38,714 nt of DNA from an uncultured bacterium (lineage in GTDB: Bacteria; T1Sed10-126). Below are positions 1-8,941 of this stretch, in pieces (position 1 is the first letter of the stretch; every line of letters begins with the position of its first letter). The notes below the pieces were generated by a model. That model searched no databases. It was not told where the DNA came from and saw only the letters and a program-made list of their open reading frames with translations. The position numbers and the translations under genes are program-made. The DNA is taken from NCBI GenBank assembly GCA_964440635.1, contig CAYTSZ010000001.1, positions 1 to 38,714 of the forward strand, in the 5' to 3' direction.

Positions 1-1
1 G

Positions 2-754
2 ACGGACAGTGAATCAAGACCGCTGTGGCAGACTGTCATCTATTTTGCTTTGATGGTTGGGCTGCTGGTTTCAGCCACCTGGGGAGCTCCGCAAACCTCA
101 ACGGGGTTCTGGTATCTCATTTACAGTTATAAATGGTATTTGACTGCCGCTTTTGCGTTTGGGATTGGAGTTGCACTGGTTGGCTGGTTTGGCCTCGAGG
201 TGTGGAAACTGGTCGTTGCTGTGTTTTTGCTCGGTATAGTTGGAGCTATATTTCCCGCTTATCCGCAGCTTGTTTTCGGGATCGGAGTTTTAATTCTTAT
301 CTGGATGACCGAAACCAGTGGCGATAAACTTGCCGACTGGGCGGATGAATCCTGGGGGTTTGCCCTGCAGATTTTACCCCTGCTGTTGATCGGGGTCCTA
401 ATTGCAGGTCTGTTTTTTGGCGTCCCCGGCCAGGAGGGTGGTTTGATTCCGGAAGGCTGGGTGGCAGGTCTGGTTGGCAGTAATACAATCACCTCCAATT
501 TTCTGGCTGCTGTTGCCGGAGCTTTCATGTATTTTGCCACCCTGACCGAAGTTCCCATCCTTCAGGGCCTGCTGGCCAGTGGTATGGCCAGCGGTCCGGC
601 GCTCGCTCTGTTGCTGGCCGGCCCGGCGGTGTCTTTGCCCAATCTGCTCGTGATAAACAGTGTGCTGGGCATAAAGAAAACGGCGGTTTTTTTCTGTCTG
701 GTAGTTGTATTATCCACAGTGGTTGGTTATTTATTTGGAATGTTTTTCATATAA
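2..754 (+). CDS. Integral membrane permease, 5' end cut by the window edge (predicted-permease family that usually partners with a small CXXC thioredoxin-fold protein)
   Basis: The frame of ORF 50..754 stays open back to nt 2 with no stop, so the gene starts upstream of the window. The product is almost entirely hydrophobic with several TM-like segments (FAFGIGVALVGWFGLEVWKLVVAVFLLGIVGAIF, LQILPLLLIGVLIAGLFF, GPALALLLAGPAVSLPNLLV). A CXXC thioredoxin-fold gene follows directly. The family name is from memory, not a search. Confidence 0.6.
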   Translation, partial: TDSESRPLWQTVIYFALMVGLLVSATWGAPQTSTGFWYLIYSYKWYLTAAFAFGIGVALVGWFGLEVWKLVVAVFLLGIVGAIFPAYPQLVFGIGVLILIWMTETSGDKLADWADESWGFALQILPLLLIGVLIAGLFFGVPGQEGGLIPEGWVAGLVGSNTITSNFLAAVAGAFMYFATLTEVPILQGLLASGMASGPALALLLAGPAVSLPNLLVINSVLGIKKTAVFFCLVVVLSTVVGYLFGMFFI

Positions 755-787
755 GTTTCATATTAAATTTAACTGGAGGTTTTTAAA

Positions 788-1018
788 ATGAAAATTCAGA
801 TACTCGGTGGCGGATGTTCAAAGTGTGAAAAACTGGCCGAGCGGGCTGAAAACGCGGCTCAGCAGTTGGGAGTGGATTATGAGCTGGAGAAGGTTACCGA
901 TACTATGGAGATAGCAAACTACGGCGTGATGATGACCCCGGTCCTGGCCGTGGATGGTGAAGTTAAAGTGGCGGGAGATATCCCAACCGTGGATAAGCTG
1001 AAAGAAATGCTCCAGTAA
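788..1018 (+). CDS. Small thioredoxin-fold protein (redox-active disulfide protein 2-like), CXXC
   Basis: 76 aa starting MKIQILGGGCSKCEKL, with a C-S-K-C motif near the N-terminus and a VLAVDGEV..G C-terminal half typical of this small Trx-fold family. GGAGG lies 8 nt upstream of the ATG. Confidence 0.8.
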   Translation: MKIQILGGGCSKCEKLAERAENAAQQLGVDYELEKVTDTMEIANYGVMMTPVLAVDGEVKVAGDIPTVDKLKEMLQ

Positions 1019-1243
1019 AGCAGGGAAGTGTTAAGTGTTTTTACCGCGTGAATTGAATTAACTCGGCTGGTCATGGTTGGTTTGTGGCTATAGTCAGCTG
1101 TTTTCTGCCGTATGCCACAGGCCGGGTTTTTAACTTAATAATAGGTCATTTTTGATAAAATGCCCGTCTTGTAGTAAACTATTATCAGTGGTTGGTAAGA
1201 ACTGGAGACTGGTTGAAAAAATGCTACAGAAAGGCAGTTTATT

Positions 1244-1483
1244 ATGACACTGGAAGAAAAAATACGTAGTTTGCCTCCAGAGCTTAAAAAGGAAACCGAA
1301 GATTTTGTAGAATTTTTGCTAAAAAAGAAAAAGCAGGATTTTCCGGAGACAGATAAAAGTAAAGAACGCGAACTTGGTTTACTGCGGGGTACGGTTAAAC
1401 AAATGTCATCTGATTTTGATGAGCCGCTGACAGAGTTTGGAGAATATATGTCTCAAAAATCTGCTGGTCGCGGCAAGAAATGA
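1244..1483 (+). CDS. Type II antitoxin, DUF2281-like
   Basis: 79 aa. The LPPELKKETEDFVEFLLKKK motif is typical of DUF2281 antitoxins. Its TGA stop overlaps the ATG of the downstream PIN gene (ATGA at 1480..1483). Confidence 0.55.
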   Translation: MTLEEKIRSLPPELKKETEDFVEFLLKKKKQDFPETDKSKERELGLLRGTVKQMSSDFDEPLTEFGEYMSQKSAGRGKK

Positions 1484-1866
1484 AATTGCTGCTTGATTCC
1501 CATACATTGATATGGGCACTGGATAGCCCGGATAATTTAGGTGCGCAGGCGCGCGAATTATTAAAAGATAAGAGTAATGAGTTGTTTATTAGTTCGGGAA
1601 CTATCTGGGAAATTGCAATAAAAGTTGGTCTTGGCAAATTGACTCTTTCAATGCCGTTTAAAAAGTGGATGCGCCGGGGTATCGCAGGCCTTGAAATTAG
1701 TGTATTACCGATAACCATAGAACATGCAGATATGCAGGCGAAGTTACCGGAGTATCACGGAGACCCTTTTGACCGCCTACTGGTTGGACAATCTCAAGTT
1801 GAAAATATTCCGATTGTAACTAAGGATTCCCATCTTACTAAGTATGGGATCGACATTTTTTGGTGA
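1480..1866 (+). CDS. PIN-domain ribonuclease toxin (VapC-like)
   Basis: 128 aa. The start MKLLLDSHTLIWAL carries the first acidic PIN residue. Later acidic positions are seen in TIWEIAIK, GDPFDRLLV and IVTKD. It is translationally coupled to the upstream small antitoxin. Confidence 0.8.
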   Translation: MKLLLDSHTLIWALDSPDNLGAQARELLKDKSNELFISSGTIWEIAIKVGLGKLTLSMPFKKWMRRGIAGLEISVLPITIEHADMQAKLPEYHGDPFDRLLVGQSQVENIPIVTKDSHLTKYGIDIFW

Positions 1867-2075
1867 TAAGTTCCAGTTTTAGATTTTAGTCAAAAATTTT
1901 TTAATTACCCCCGAAAATTGTGTTAACATCCGAACAATATGCGGCTTATGAATTTGAGTTAGCATTTTTCTCTCCCTCTTCTGTTCCTCCCTGGCACTTT
2001 TTTGCGTTTTCACGGGAAAAAGAGGGAAAATTGGCATGTTTTATGGTTGGGATTCGAAGCTGATTGTAGCCGCAC

Positions 2076-2735
2076 TCAGGGGGCTAATTTTATCCCTCTG
2101 TTTTTCCACTCCTCAATTCCTTCGTTTAAGCTGTGCGCTTTGTAACCTTTTTTGCGCAGTTTTTGTACTGCTTTGTCAGAGAGAATACAGTAGGACCCCT
2201 GGCAGTAGGCAAATATTTCTTTATTGCGTGGGAGTTTATCGAGCTGGTTTTCCAATTCTTCGAGCGGAATTGAAACGGCGCCTGGCAGGGATTCTTTCTG
2301 GTATTCTTTTTCAGGCCGGACATCAAGGACGATGACTTCGCCGTTTTTAGCTTTTTGAGCGAGCGTCTCCATATCAACCTTTTCCAGTGTTTCTGCATTA
2401 TGATGGAACTGGTCAATAATAGATTTTATTTCAAACAGATGTTGTTCTCCGACTTTTTGCAGTTCCCGGTAAAATCGGGATACATCGGGGGAGGATAGAC
2501 TGTAGTAAACCTGCGTGCCTTTCTTTTCTGTTTCAACCAGCCGGACTTCTTTTAATTTTTGCAGATGCTGGGAAGTATTTGCGGTGCTAAGCCCCGTCTG
2601 TTCGGCCAGCTCATCAACAGAATGGGGACGATAAGAAAGAGCCTCCAGCAGTTTTAGCCGGCTGGGGCTGGAAAGCGCTTTGGAAATCCGGGAAATCTGT
2701 TCGAAATAGAGTTGTTCGAGTTCGTTGTTTTTCAT
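2076..2735 (-). CDS. ArsR/SmtB-family transcriptional regulator fused to a C-terminal rhodanese domain
   Basis: The N-terminal winged HTH reads SPSRLKLLEALSYRPHSVDELAEQTGLSTANTSQHLQKLKEVRLV. The C-terminal rhodanese-like half reads VIVLDVRPEKEYQKESLPGAVSIPLEEL...FAYCQGSYCILSDKA and includes a candidate active-site Cys loop. Its ATG shares one base with the OsmC stop (TAATG). Confidence 0.85.
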   Translation of the reverse strand: MKNNELEQLYFEQISRISKALSSPSRLKLLEALSYRPHSVDELAEQTGLSTANTSQHLQKLKEVRLVETEKKGTQVYYSLSSPDVSRFYRELQKVGEQHLFEIKSIIDQFHHNAETLEKVDMETLAQKAKNGEVIVLDVRPEKEYQKESLPGAVSIPLEELENQLDKLPRNKEIFAYCQGSYCILSDKAVQKLRKKGYKAHSLNEGIEEWKNRGIKLAP

Positions 2736-3187
2736 TATTCCGCGCCGTCTGCTACTACAACTTCACTATTAAGCGTCACCGGTATCTGTAGATGTTTTTC
2801 AACCAGGCAGTGAACTTCTGTTGATTCAACTTTTTTGCGCAGCGTGTCTGCAACGCCACCCGGTTTCACGGTGAAGCGAGCGTTTATTACAAATTCCTTA
2901 AATTCCAACCCGCTTTTGCCCTTCCCATATCTGCCCGTTGTATTAGCCGTAAAAGATTGAACGTCTTCCATCGGCGCACCGGTTCGTTTCAAAGTTCCCA
3001 GCAGGGTAATACTGGTGCAGGCATTGAGAGAAGCTGATAGGAGTTCCTCCGGGTTTACTTTTTCCTTGTCGCCGCCAAATACCGGCGGTACGCTGACGGG
3101 CAGTTGCATTTTACCTGAGAAATCTATTATTCCATCTTTGCCCCCGGTCCATTTAAAATCACTGCTGCAGGTCATATCTTCACTCAT
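2735..3187 (-). CDS. OsmC/Ohr-family peroxiredoxin-like protein
   Basis: 150 aa with the family pattern EELLSASLNACTSITLLG and a second Cys in EVHCLVEKH. AGGAGG lies upstream of the ATG. It is the first gene of a two-gene operon with the ArsR-rhodanese regulator. Confidence 0.75.
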   Translation of the reverse strand: MSEDMTCSSDFKWTGGKDGIIDFSGKMQLPVSVPPVFGGDKEKVNPEELLSASLNACTSITLLGTLKRTGAPMEDVQSFTANTTGRYGKGKSGLEFKEFVINARFTVKPGGVADTLRKKVESTEVHCLVEKHLQIPVTLNSEVVVADGAE

Positions 3188-3231
3188 GTTTGTTCCTCCT
3201 TAAAATAAATAAAAAAACTTACTTATCAAGC

Positions 3232-3243
3232 ATTCAATTGAAT
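3232..3243. promoter_or_regulatory. Perfect 12-bp palindrome ATTCAATTGAAT, candidate ArsR-family operator
   Basis: Read directly from the sequence, 45 nt upstream of the OsmC start codon. TATAAT/TATACT-like hexamers lie next to it. Its function is inferred only from position. Confidence 0.3.
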
Positions 3244-3572
3244 AGTATAATTATTTTCACTGTGATTTCAAGTGTGTTTAACAGGATAAATCGGGTGCAA
3301 GAGGAAAACTGATGAGTGAATCATTTTTTATAAAAATGGGAACACAAATTCAGATGGATTTAGCAACATCTTTCCTTCCGGGAGAAATATCCCCCCTCTC
3401 TTTACTTGCTGGAGTAGTAGATGTAGTACCCCGCCCCGGGGTAAAAACTAATAGTGGTTAAAAGCCCTAAAAAATAATTAAAAACCAAAACTAGTTCAGC
3501 TTAGGATGAACCATCTAAATTTTCCCCGCCTTACGCAGCCCCGAGGCGTCAATAAATCAAATTGCAATAACA

Positions 3573-3602
3573 AAAGTAGTTCAGCCTGGTCTGAACTACT
3601 TT
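3573..3602. terminator. Bidirectional intrinsic-terminator-like hairpin
   Basis: AGTAGTTCAG-CCTGGT-CTGAACTACT forms a perfect 10-bp stem that A:T pairs can extend. It is followed by TTATT on the + strand and by TTTTGTTATT on the - strand. It lies about 220 nt downstream of the RND pump stop on the - strand. Confidence 0.45.
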
Positions 3603-3819
3603 ATTCCGGGTTCGTTGGGTCCCGGAAACCCGAATATTTCACCGGGTCTGACCTGAAATTATATATCATCCACGGCCCGGAGTTTCCTCTAAAAATTTTT
3701 TTGATTTTTAAATCCTATTGTATTATTTCCAAGAGTCAAAAAAGACCTTCTTGAGTAATATAAGTTGTTTACCATTTTCCCTGAGTAGAAACTTCATTCA
3801 CGTAAATATAGAGAGAATA

Positions 3820-6800
3820 TCAGGTTGTGTCAGAGACGGTAATCTCTTCCAGTAGAGAGTAGACAAGAGGAACGACGACCAGGGTCAGGAAAGTTCCCAC
3901 TATTAACCCGCCGGCGGCCACTATGCCCAGCGGGCTCATTCTTTCCAGTCCGACTGCCCATTCGAAAATCAGGGGAGTAAAACCAATCACTGTTGAGACG
4001 GTTGTCATTAGAATCGGGCGCATCCGCAGGCGAACAGCATTGCTGGTTGCTTCGTTGATTGAAGCTCCTTTCTTGCGGTCCTCAAGGATGAAGGTGAGCA
4101 TCAGAATGGCGTCATTGACAACTGTGCCATTCATCAAAATTAGTCCCATCATGGCCGGCATACACATCGGTTTGTTGAAAATAAGAAGGGCCAGAAAAGC
4201 ACCAATCAGGGAAAATGGGATAATGGATAAAATCACCAGTGGATGCAGCCAGCTTTTAAAAACAATGACCAGAAAAAGATAAAGAAAGACAAGACCTATC
4301 ATCAGGGCAAGACCAACCCGGCTGAAAGTGTCGGCCATATCGGCCATGGTACCTGTTGTTTCTGTTTTTATTTTGAAGGGAATTTTATCTTTCAGGTTGT
4401 TGACTATTTGTTCCATTTCGCTATTGACGTGGGACAGTCGCCGCCCCTGGTTTACCGCCGATACTTCGATTGTGTTTTTCAGATTACGTCTCGACGAAAG
4501 TGTTTTGGTTCTTGATTTTTCATAAGAAACCAGCGATCGCAGGGGAATTATACCTTTCGGAGTATTAACCGGAACTGATAGTAAATCGGAGGGCTGCTTG
4601 AGGTGATTTAGATAATCGTAGTAAAGATGAACCGGTATATCCAGGTAACTTTCCAGCCTCAAGTTGCCACTTTTTGCCCCGCTGACACTGAGGTTAATTA
4701 GCTCAGCTACTTTTGCCGAGTTAATCCCGTATATTCGTGTTTTCCAGTCCCGGGGGACGAAGTTATGTTCGGTTTTTATGAGATCCCAGTTTTGTTGTAC
4801 ATCAAAAAGCCCTCTTACGTCTTTTATTTCATTTTTAATATCCCGGGCAAAATCAAGCAGCAGCCGGTCGTTTTCGGAGCTGAGAGTGAGGTGCAGTGGG
4901 GCTTGAGTGGTGGCCACGGGAGTGGCCCCGTATTCTTTTACTTCAAGTTTTATGAGTTCTGGATATTTTGAAAATTCTTGTCTCCATTCCGATACATACT
5001 GCCAGATGTCTTTGTTTCTTTTATTGCGGGGGATGAGGGTTATTTCCAGTATGACCTGCTGGCTGGTCTGTCCGCCGCGCCCGAAACTTATCTGACCCGC
5101 TTCGCTGCCGTCGACGGTGGAAATTTCTTCTACGTTGGGATCCCGGGCTATAGAGTTTTCCATTCGACGGGCTATAGAGTTAACCTTCTCAATTGAAGCA
5201 GAAGGTGCGGTTTCAAATGATATGTGAAGGATGCCGGTATCCATCGGTGGCATCAGTTCCCGCCCGACAAAAGAAACTGTTACCAACGTTATAATGGCGG
5301 TCAGCAGTAGAAGAAGGAAAAGAACTTTTTTCTTATGACGCAATCCTGATTTTAACATGGACAGATAATAATTTTGCAGCGGGGTATCTATTTTCTCGTA
5401 ACTATCTTCTACAATTTTTTCCAGTTTGTTGCGTGTTTTTTTGGGTTTTAGCCAGTTTTTCAAAACCAGGGGAATAACAGCAGCTGCGGCCAACCAGGAA
5501 GCAAAAAGTGTGGAGCTAATAACTACCGACAGGGGTCGAAGTACGCGCTGCGGATAGCCCCCCACAAACATGATGGGGATAAGGACAATCACGGTGGTCA
5601 TCATTCCGGCAAAAATATCAAGGGCCACTTCGCCGGAACCGGTTCGCACTGCTTCGTTCAGTGTTATATCTTCGTGTTCGTAATGACGCATAATATTTTC
5701 AACCACAATAACGGCAGCATCCACGACCATTCCGGTGGAGATGATGAGTCCGGAGAGAGTAACCATGTTCAAAGTCCAGGGAGTGAAATTTAATAAAGCA
5801 AATGAGGCCAGAAAAGAAAGCGGAATAGCTACCGCCATTACCAGTGCCGACCGCCAGTTGGCGAGGAACAAAAAAACAACCAGACAGGTCATGATTATGG
5901 CGCTTATCAACGACCAGTTCATTCCGCGAATATTTACGTTAATTATTGGAGACTGATCGGTTGTTATTTCAAACTTTATATCCTTGAACTGTTGCTGTAG
6001 TTTTTTTAACTCTGTCTTCGCGTTATTTATCGTATCCACGGCCGCGCTTTCCTTGCTGCGCAGGATATTAAGGGCAATCGCCCGCCGGCCGTTTCCCCTG
6101 TAGAAAGATCTATTTTCATCGTGACCGTATTTTATTTTGGCCACGTCTTTAAGTCTGATCAGCCCGGAATTCTGCCGGCCAATTGTTGTATTTTTTACAT
6201 CGTTTATATTTCGGAAAACCCGCTCGGATTTTACTATGTATTCCTGGCTGGTTGTTGTGATATAACCGCCGGGAAGACTGACATTTTCCGACTGCAGAGC
6301 CGTAAGCACCCCGGAAAGGGAAATATTATAGCTCTCCAGACTGCGGCGGTTGACGGCTATTCTTACCTGGGGTTCAAATCCACCGAAAACTTCGACTTCG
6401 TTTACGCCTTCCACATTGAGAAGAATATTTCGAATATCATTGGAGGCAAGCAGTTTTATATCCCGCAGTTTTTTAATGGAATTTTCTTTGGGAGAGAGCC
6501 CGATAGTCATTACCGGGCTGGTCACATTGGTCAAACGATGAATCTGCGGAGCCCGAGCGCCCTCTGGCAGTCGCCCGCGGATCCGTTCGATGAGGTTGGT
6601 AATCTCGGTTGCCGCCGCTTCACTGCTCCTGTCGTAGAAAAACTCCAGGCTGATTGAGGATATTTCATCGCGGGTTATAGAAGAGATTTCTTTTAGCCGT
6701 CGTGCGGCTTTGAGTTCCGGTTCCATCAGCCGGGTGATATTGTTTTCGACTTCCTGGCGGGAAGCGCCCGGCCAGGAAGTTATGACCACCACCTGCTGAG

Positions 6801-6924
6801 GGACGGTGTCGGGGAAGAGGTCGGTGGGCATAAAAAAGAATGCATAGAGGCCGGCCAGACTGACGGCCGCGCAAACAATGAGAACAAGGTAGGGGTTTTT
6901 CAAGGAACCGTCTATGAGTTTCAC
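3820..6924 (-). CDS. RND-family efflux transporter permease (AcrB/AcrD/AcrF-type)
   Basis: 1034 aa with the classic N-terminus (NPYLVLIVCAAVSLAGLYAFFFMPTDLFPD) and two large periplasmic loops alternating with TM bundles. The GTG start overlaps the adaptor gene stop (GTGA at 6921..6924). Confidence 0.9.
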   Translation of the reverse strand: MKLIDGSLKNPYLVLIVCAAVSLAGLYAFFFMPTDLFPDTVPQQVVVITSWPGASRQEVENNITRLMEPELKAARRLKEISSITRDEISSISLEFFYDRSSEAAATEITNLIERIRGRLPEGARAPQIHRLTNVTSPVMTIGLSPKENSIKKLRDIKLLASNDIRNILLNVEGVNEVEVFGGFEPQVRIAVNRRSLESYNISLSGVLTALQSENVSLPGGYITTTSQEYIVKSERVFRNINDVKNTTIGRQNSGLIRLKDVAKIKYGHDENRSFYRGNGRRAIALNILRSKESAAVDTINNAKTELKKLQQQFKDIKFEITTDQSPIINVNIRGMNWSLISAIIMTCLVVFLFLANWRSALVMAVAIPLSFLASFALLNFTPWTLNMVTLSGLIISTGMVVDAAVIVVENIMRHYEHEDITLNEAVRTGSGEVALDIFAGMMTTVIVLIPIMFVGGYPQRVLRPLSVVISSTLFASWLAAAAVIPLVLKNWLKPKKTRNKLEKIVEDSYEKIDTPLQNYYLSMLKSGLRHKKKVLFLLLLLTAIITLVTVSFVGRELMPPMDTGILHISFETAPSASIEKVNSIARRMENSIARDPNVEEISTVDGSEAGQISFGRGGQTSQQVILEITLIPRNKRNKDIWQYVSEWRQEFSKYPELIKLEVKEYGATPVATTQAPLHLTLSSENDRLLLDFARDIKNEIKDVRGLFDVQQNWDLIKTEHNFVPRDWKTRIYGINSAKVAELINLSVSGAKSGNLRLESYLDIPVHLYYDYLNHLKQPSDLLSVPVNTPKGIIPLRSLVSYEKSRTKTLSSRRNLKNTIEVSAVNQGRRLSHVNSEMEQIVNNLKDKIPFKIKTETTGTMADMADTFSRVGLALMIGLVFLYLFLVIVFKSWLHPLVILSIIPFSLIGAFLALLIFNKPMCMPAMMGLILMNGTVVNDAILMLTFILEDRKKGASINEATSNAVRLRMRPILMTTVSTVIGFTPLIFEWAVGLERMSPLGIVAAGGLIVGTFLTLVVVPLVYSLLEEITVSDTT

Positions 6925-8129
6925 GGAAGATCTTCTTTGTTGTAAATGATAGCCGGTTGTCCGTCAAAATGTCTCTGCAGTTCCAGAAAAGCGCCGTCGG
7001 CCAGTACCTGACCGGGTTTCAGTCCTTCACTTACGGCAGTTAAATGGCCGTCTGAAATAGTCGGTTTAATTTTTTGCCGGCGAAGAATATTATTCTCGAT
7101 AATGTAGACATAAGCCTGTCCGCCGGTTCTTATGATTGCCGATTCCGGTATTGTTGATACGTTGCTGGCTTTTTGGCTCATTACACGGACCAGTAGATTG
7201 TGGCCGGTTTTTATTTCTTCCGGCAGTTGATTAAGTTTTATTTCGGCTCTGCCCATTGCCTGCTCGGAAAGGGCGGGGAAAACCTGACTGATAGTTGCAT
7301 ACCTTCGGTCGGTGGAACTGAAATTAAGAATAACCGGATTTGTTTCTTTTACTTTCACCGTATCCTCCTGGGGGAAGTAAAACACGAGTTTGTATTGCCC
7401 CCTGGAGGTGATGGTGAACAGTGGTCTGGAGGGGCTGGCAAGTTCGCCCTCTTCCGCGTGAACATAATCAATTATTCCGGGAAGGGGAGCTTTTATTTTT
7501 GCGTATTCACTGACCAGTTGGGTTCGTTCTTTTTCTGATCTGGCTGCTTCTATTTCGCTTTTTAACCGTTCAATCTGGGCTTCCAGCCCGTTCAAGTTTT
7601 CTCTGGCCCGTTTGTAGCGGGTCTCTATTTTTTCGAACTGACTGCGGGCCGCCAGCCCTTTCTGGAAAAGAGTTCGATAGCGCTGCAGCTAATTTTTTGC
7701 ATAATTTTTATCCGCCCGCGCTGCCTGCGCCTGAGTTTTAAGGCTGGAAAGTTCTTTCCGAACTGCCTGTTCTTTAGCTTGGGCCACCTGGTTGCCTTTT
7801 TGTAATTCTCGGTCATCCAGTTGAGCCAGAAGAGTGTCTTTTTCTACTCTGTCTCCTTCGTCGACAAAAATTTTTTCAATTCGTGCCTGCACCCGGCTGG
7901 AAATTGAGGTGCGCACCTGTGGTTCGACTGTTGCTATATAATCCGGCCCGGCGACCACGGTGTCACTTTTGACTTTCACTCCGTAGACAGCTACCGCTTC
8001 GGAGGGAGCTTCCGGCGGCGAGCTTATTATATGTATGCGCAGAGCGGCCAGTCCGAGCAGAACTGCAATTACGCTAATGGTTAAAAACCAGTATAAGCAA
8101 CCGCGCGAGCGGTGATCCATCTTCATCAC
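6921..8129 (-). pseudogene. RND membrane-fusion (periplasmic adaptor, HlyD-type) gene interrupted by a single in-frame TAG at 7689..7691
   Basis: ORFs 7689..8129 and 6921..7595 are in the same - strand frame. I translated 7596..7688 by hand and it is open: LQRYRTLFQKGLAARSQFEKIETRYKRAREN. This continues the adaptor coiled coil seamlessly (..ARADKNYAKN-TAG-LQRYRTLFQKG..LNGLEAQIERLKSE..). The merged length of about 402 aa is normal for this family. Confidence 0.7.
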
Positions 8130-8153
8130 ATCCTGGAGTTGATTTAATATGTT

Positions 8154-8171
8154 TGTTAGTATAAACTAACA
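8154..8171. promoter_or_regulatory. Inverted repeat TGTTAGT-ATAA-ACTAACA, candidate TetR operator
   Basis: The 7-4-7 palindrome was read directly. It sits in the 74-bp divergent region between the adaptor gene start (8129) and the TetR gene (8204). Confidence 0.4.
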
Positions 8172-8203
8172 TATATAAAAAAACAAGTTAATCAGGAAAG
8201 AGG

Positions 8204-8800
8204 ATGGTAATTATTATGGAACAAAATTTAACGGAAAAGCAGGAGGGAATCATCTGTGCTGCGCTGGCTATAATCAATCGGGAGGGGATGAAAGCGATAA
8301 CTTTCTCCCGGATAGCAAAAGAACTGGGGGTGACAGAACCGGCAATATATCGACATTTTGAAGGAAAGAAGGAATTTATAAAATCACTTTATCTTTACGC
8401 GCGCAGTCGGATAGCCAAAAAAATACTTTCCGATCTCGAAGTGGAAACTCCTGAACAGAAAATAAAAAGTCTTTTCAGAGCTGTTTTCGAGCATCTTGAT
8501 GCAGTGAAAGGAGTAAATATTATTCTGTTGGCCCATGCGATAGTGGAAAATGACAGTGAATTAAAGGAATTAATGTTCACCATCTGTCGCAGTTTGACCG
8601 GTGAGCTGGAGGAAATAATCCGGGAGGGTATGGAGCAGGGTGAGTTTCGCGCTGATCTTGATTCGGATTTGATGGCCGGCTGTTTCTTAGGTCTCGTGCA
8701 GGGACGCGTGGTGGATTACTATCTTTCCGGTCAGAAGTGTTCATTAAGCGATCAGTGGCCGCCTATTTATGACTTTTTTATCAGAGGATTAAAGAGTTAA
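8204..8800 (+). CDS. TetR/AcrR-family transcriptional regulator
   Basis: The N-terminal HTH reads MKAITFSRIAKELGVTEPAIYRHFEGKKE. The gene is divergent from the RND operon. The ATG at 8216 is an equally plausible start. Confidence 0.85.
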   Translation: MVIIMEQNLTEKQEGIICAALAIINREGMKAITFSRIAKELGVTEPAIYRHFEGKKEFIKSLYLYARSRIAKKILSDLEVETPEQKIKSLFRAVFEHLDAVKGVNIILLAHAIVENDSELKELMFTICRSLTGELEEIIREGMEQGEFRADLDSDLMAGCFLGLVQGRVVDYYLSGQKCSLSDQWPPIYDFFIRGLKS

Positions 8801-8941
8801 GAACCGCGTTATCGAGAATAATTTTTCACCGAAACTTTGGGGTTGAAATAATTAAATGAAAATTTATACTGTTATAAAATTGAGAATTTAATTTAGATGT
8901 TGTGAACATGAAGTTGATTATTTTTAAGGGAGTGGTTTTAG

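Noticed and set aside
3506-3754. 82-aa ORF in the spacer after the RND pump
   Set aside because: It has no RBS and a low-complexity composition, and it reads through a strong hairpin terminator. It is probably not coding.
7689-7691. The TAG in the adaptor gene read as pyrrolysine or stop-codon reassignment
   Set aside because: TAG is used as an ordinary terminator elsewhere in the window, for rpe at 26736..26738 and the Thi4-like gene at 21190..21192. No pyl genes are present, and an efflux adaptor is not a plausible Pyl protein. A nonsense mutation or a sequencing error is more likely.
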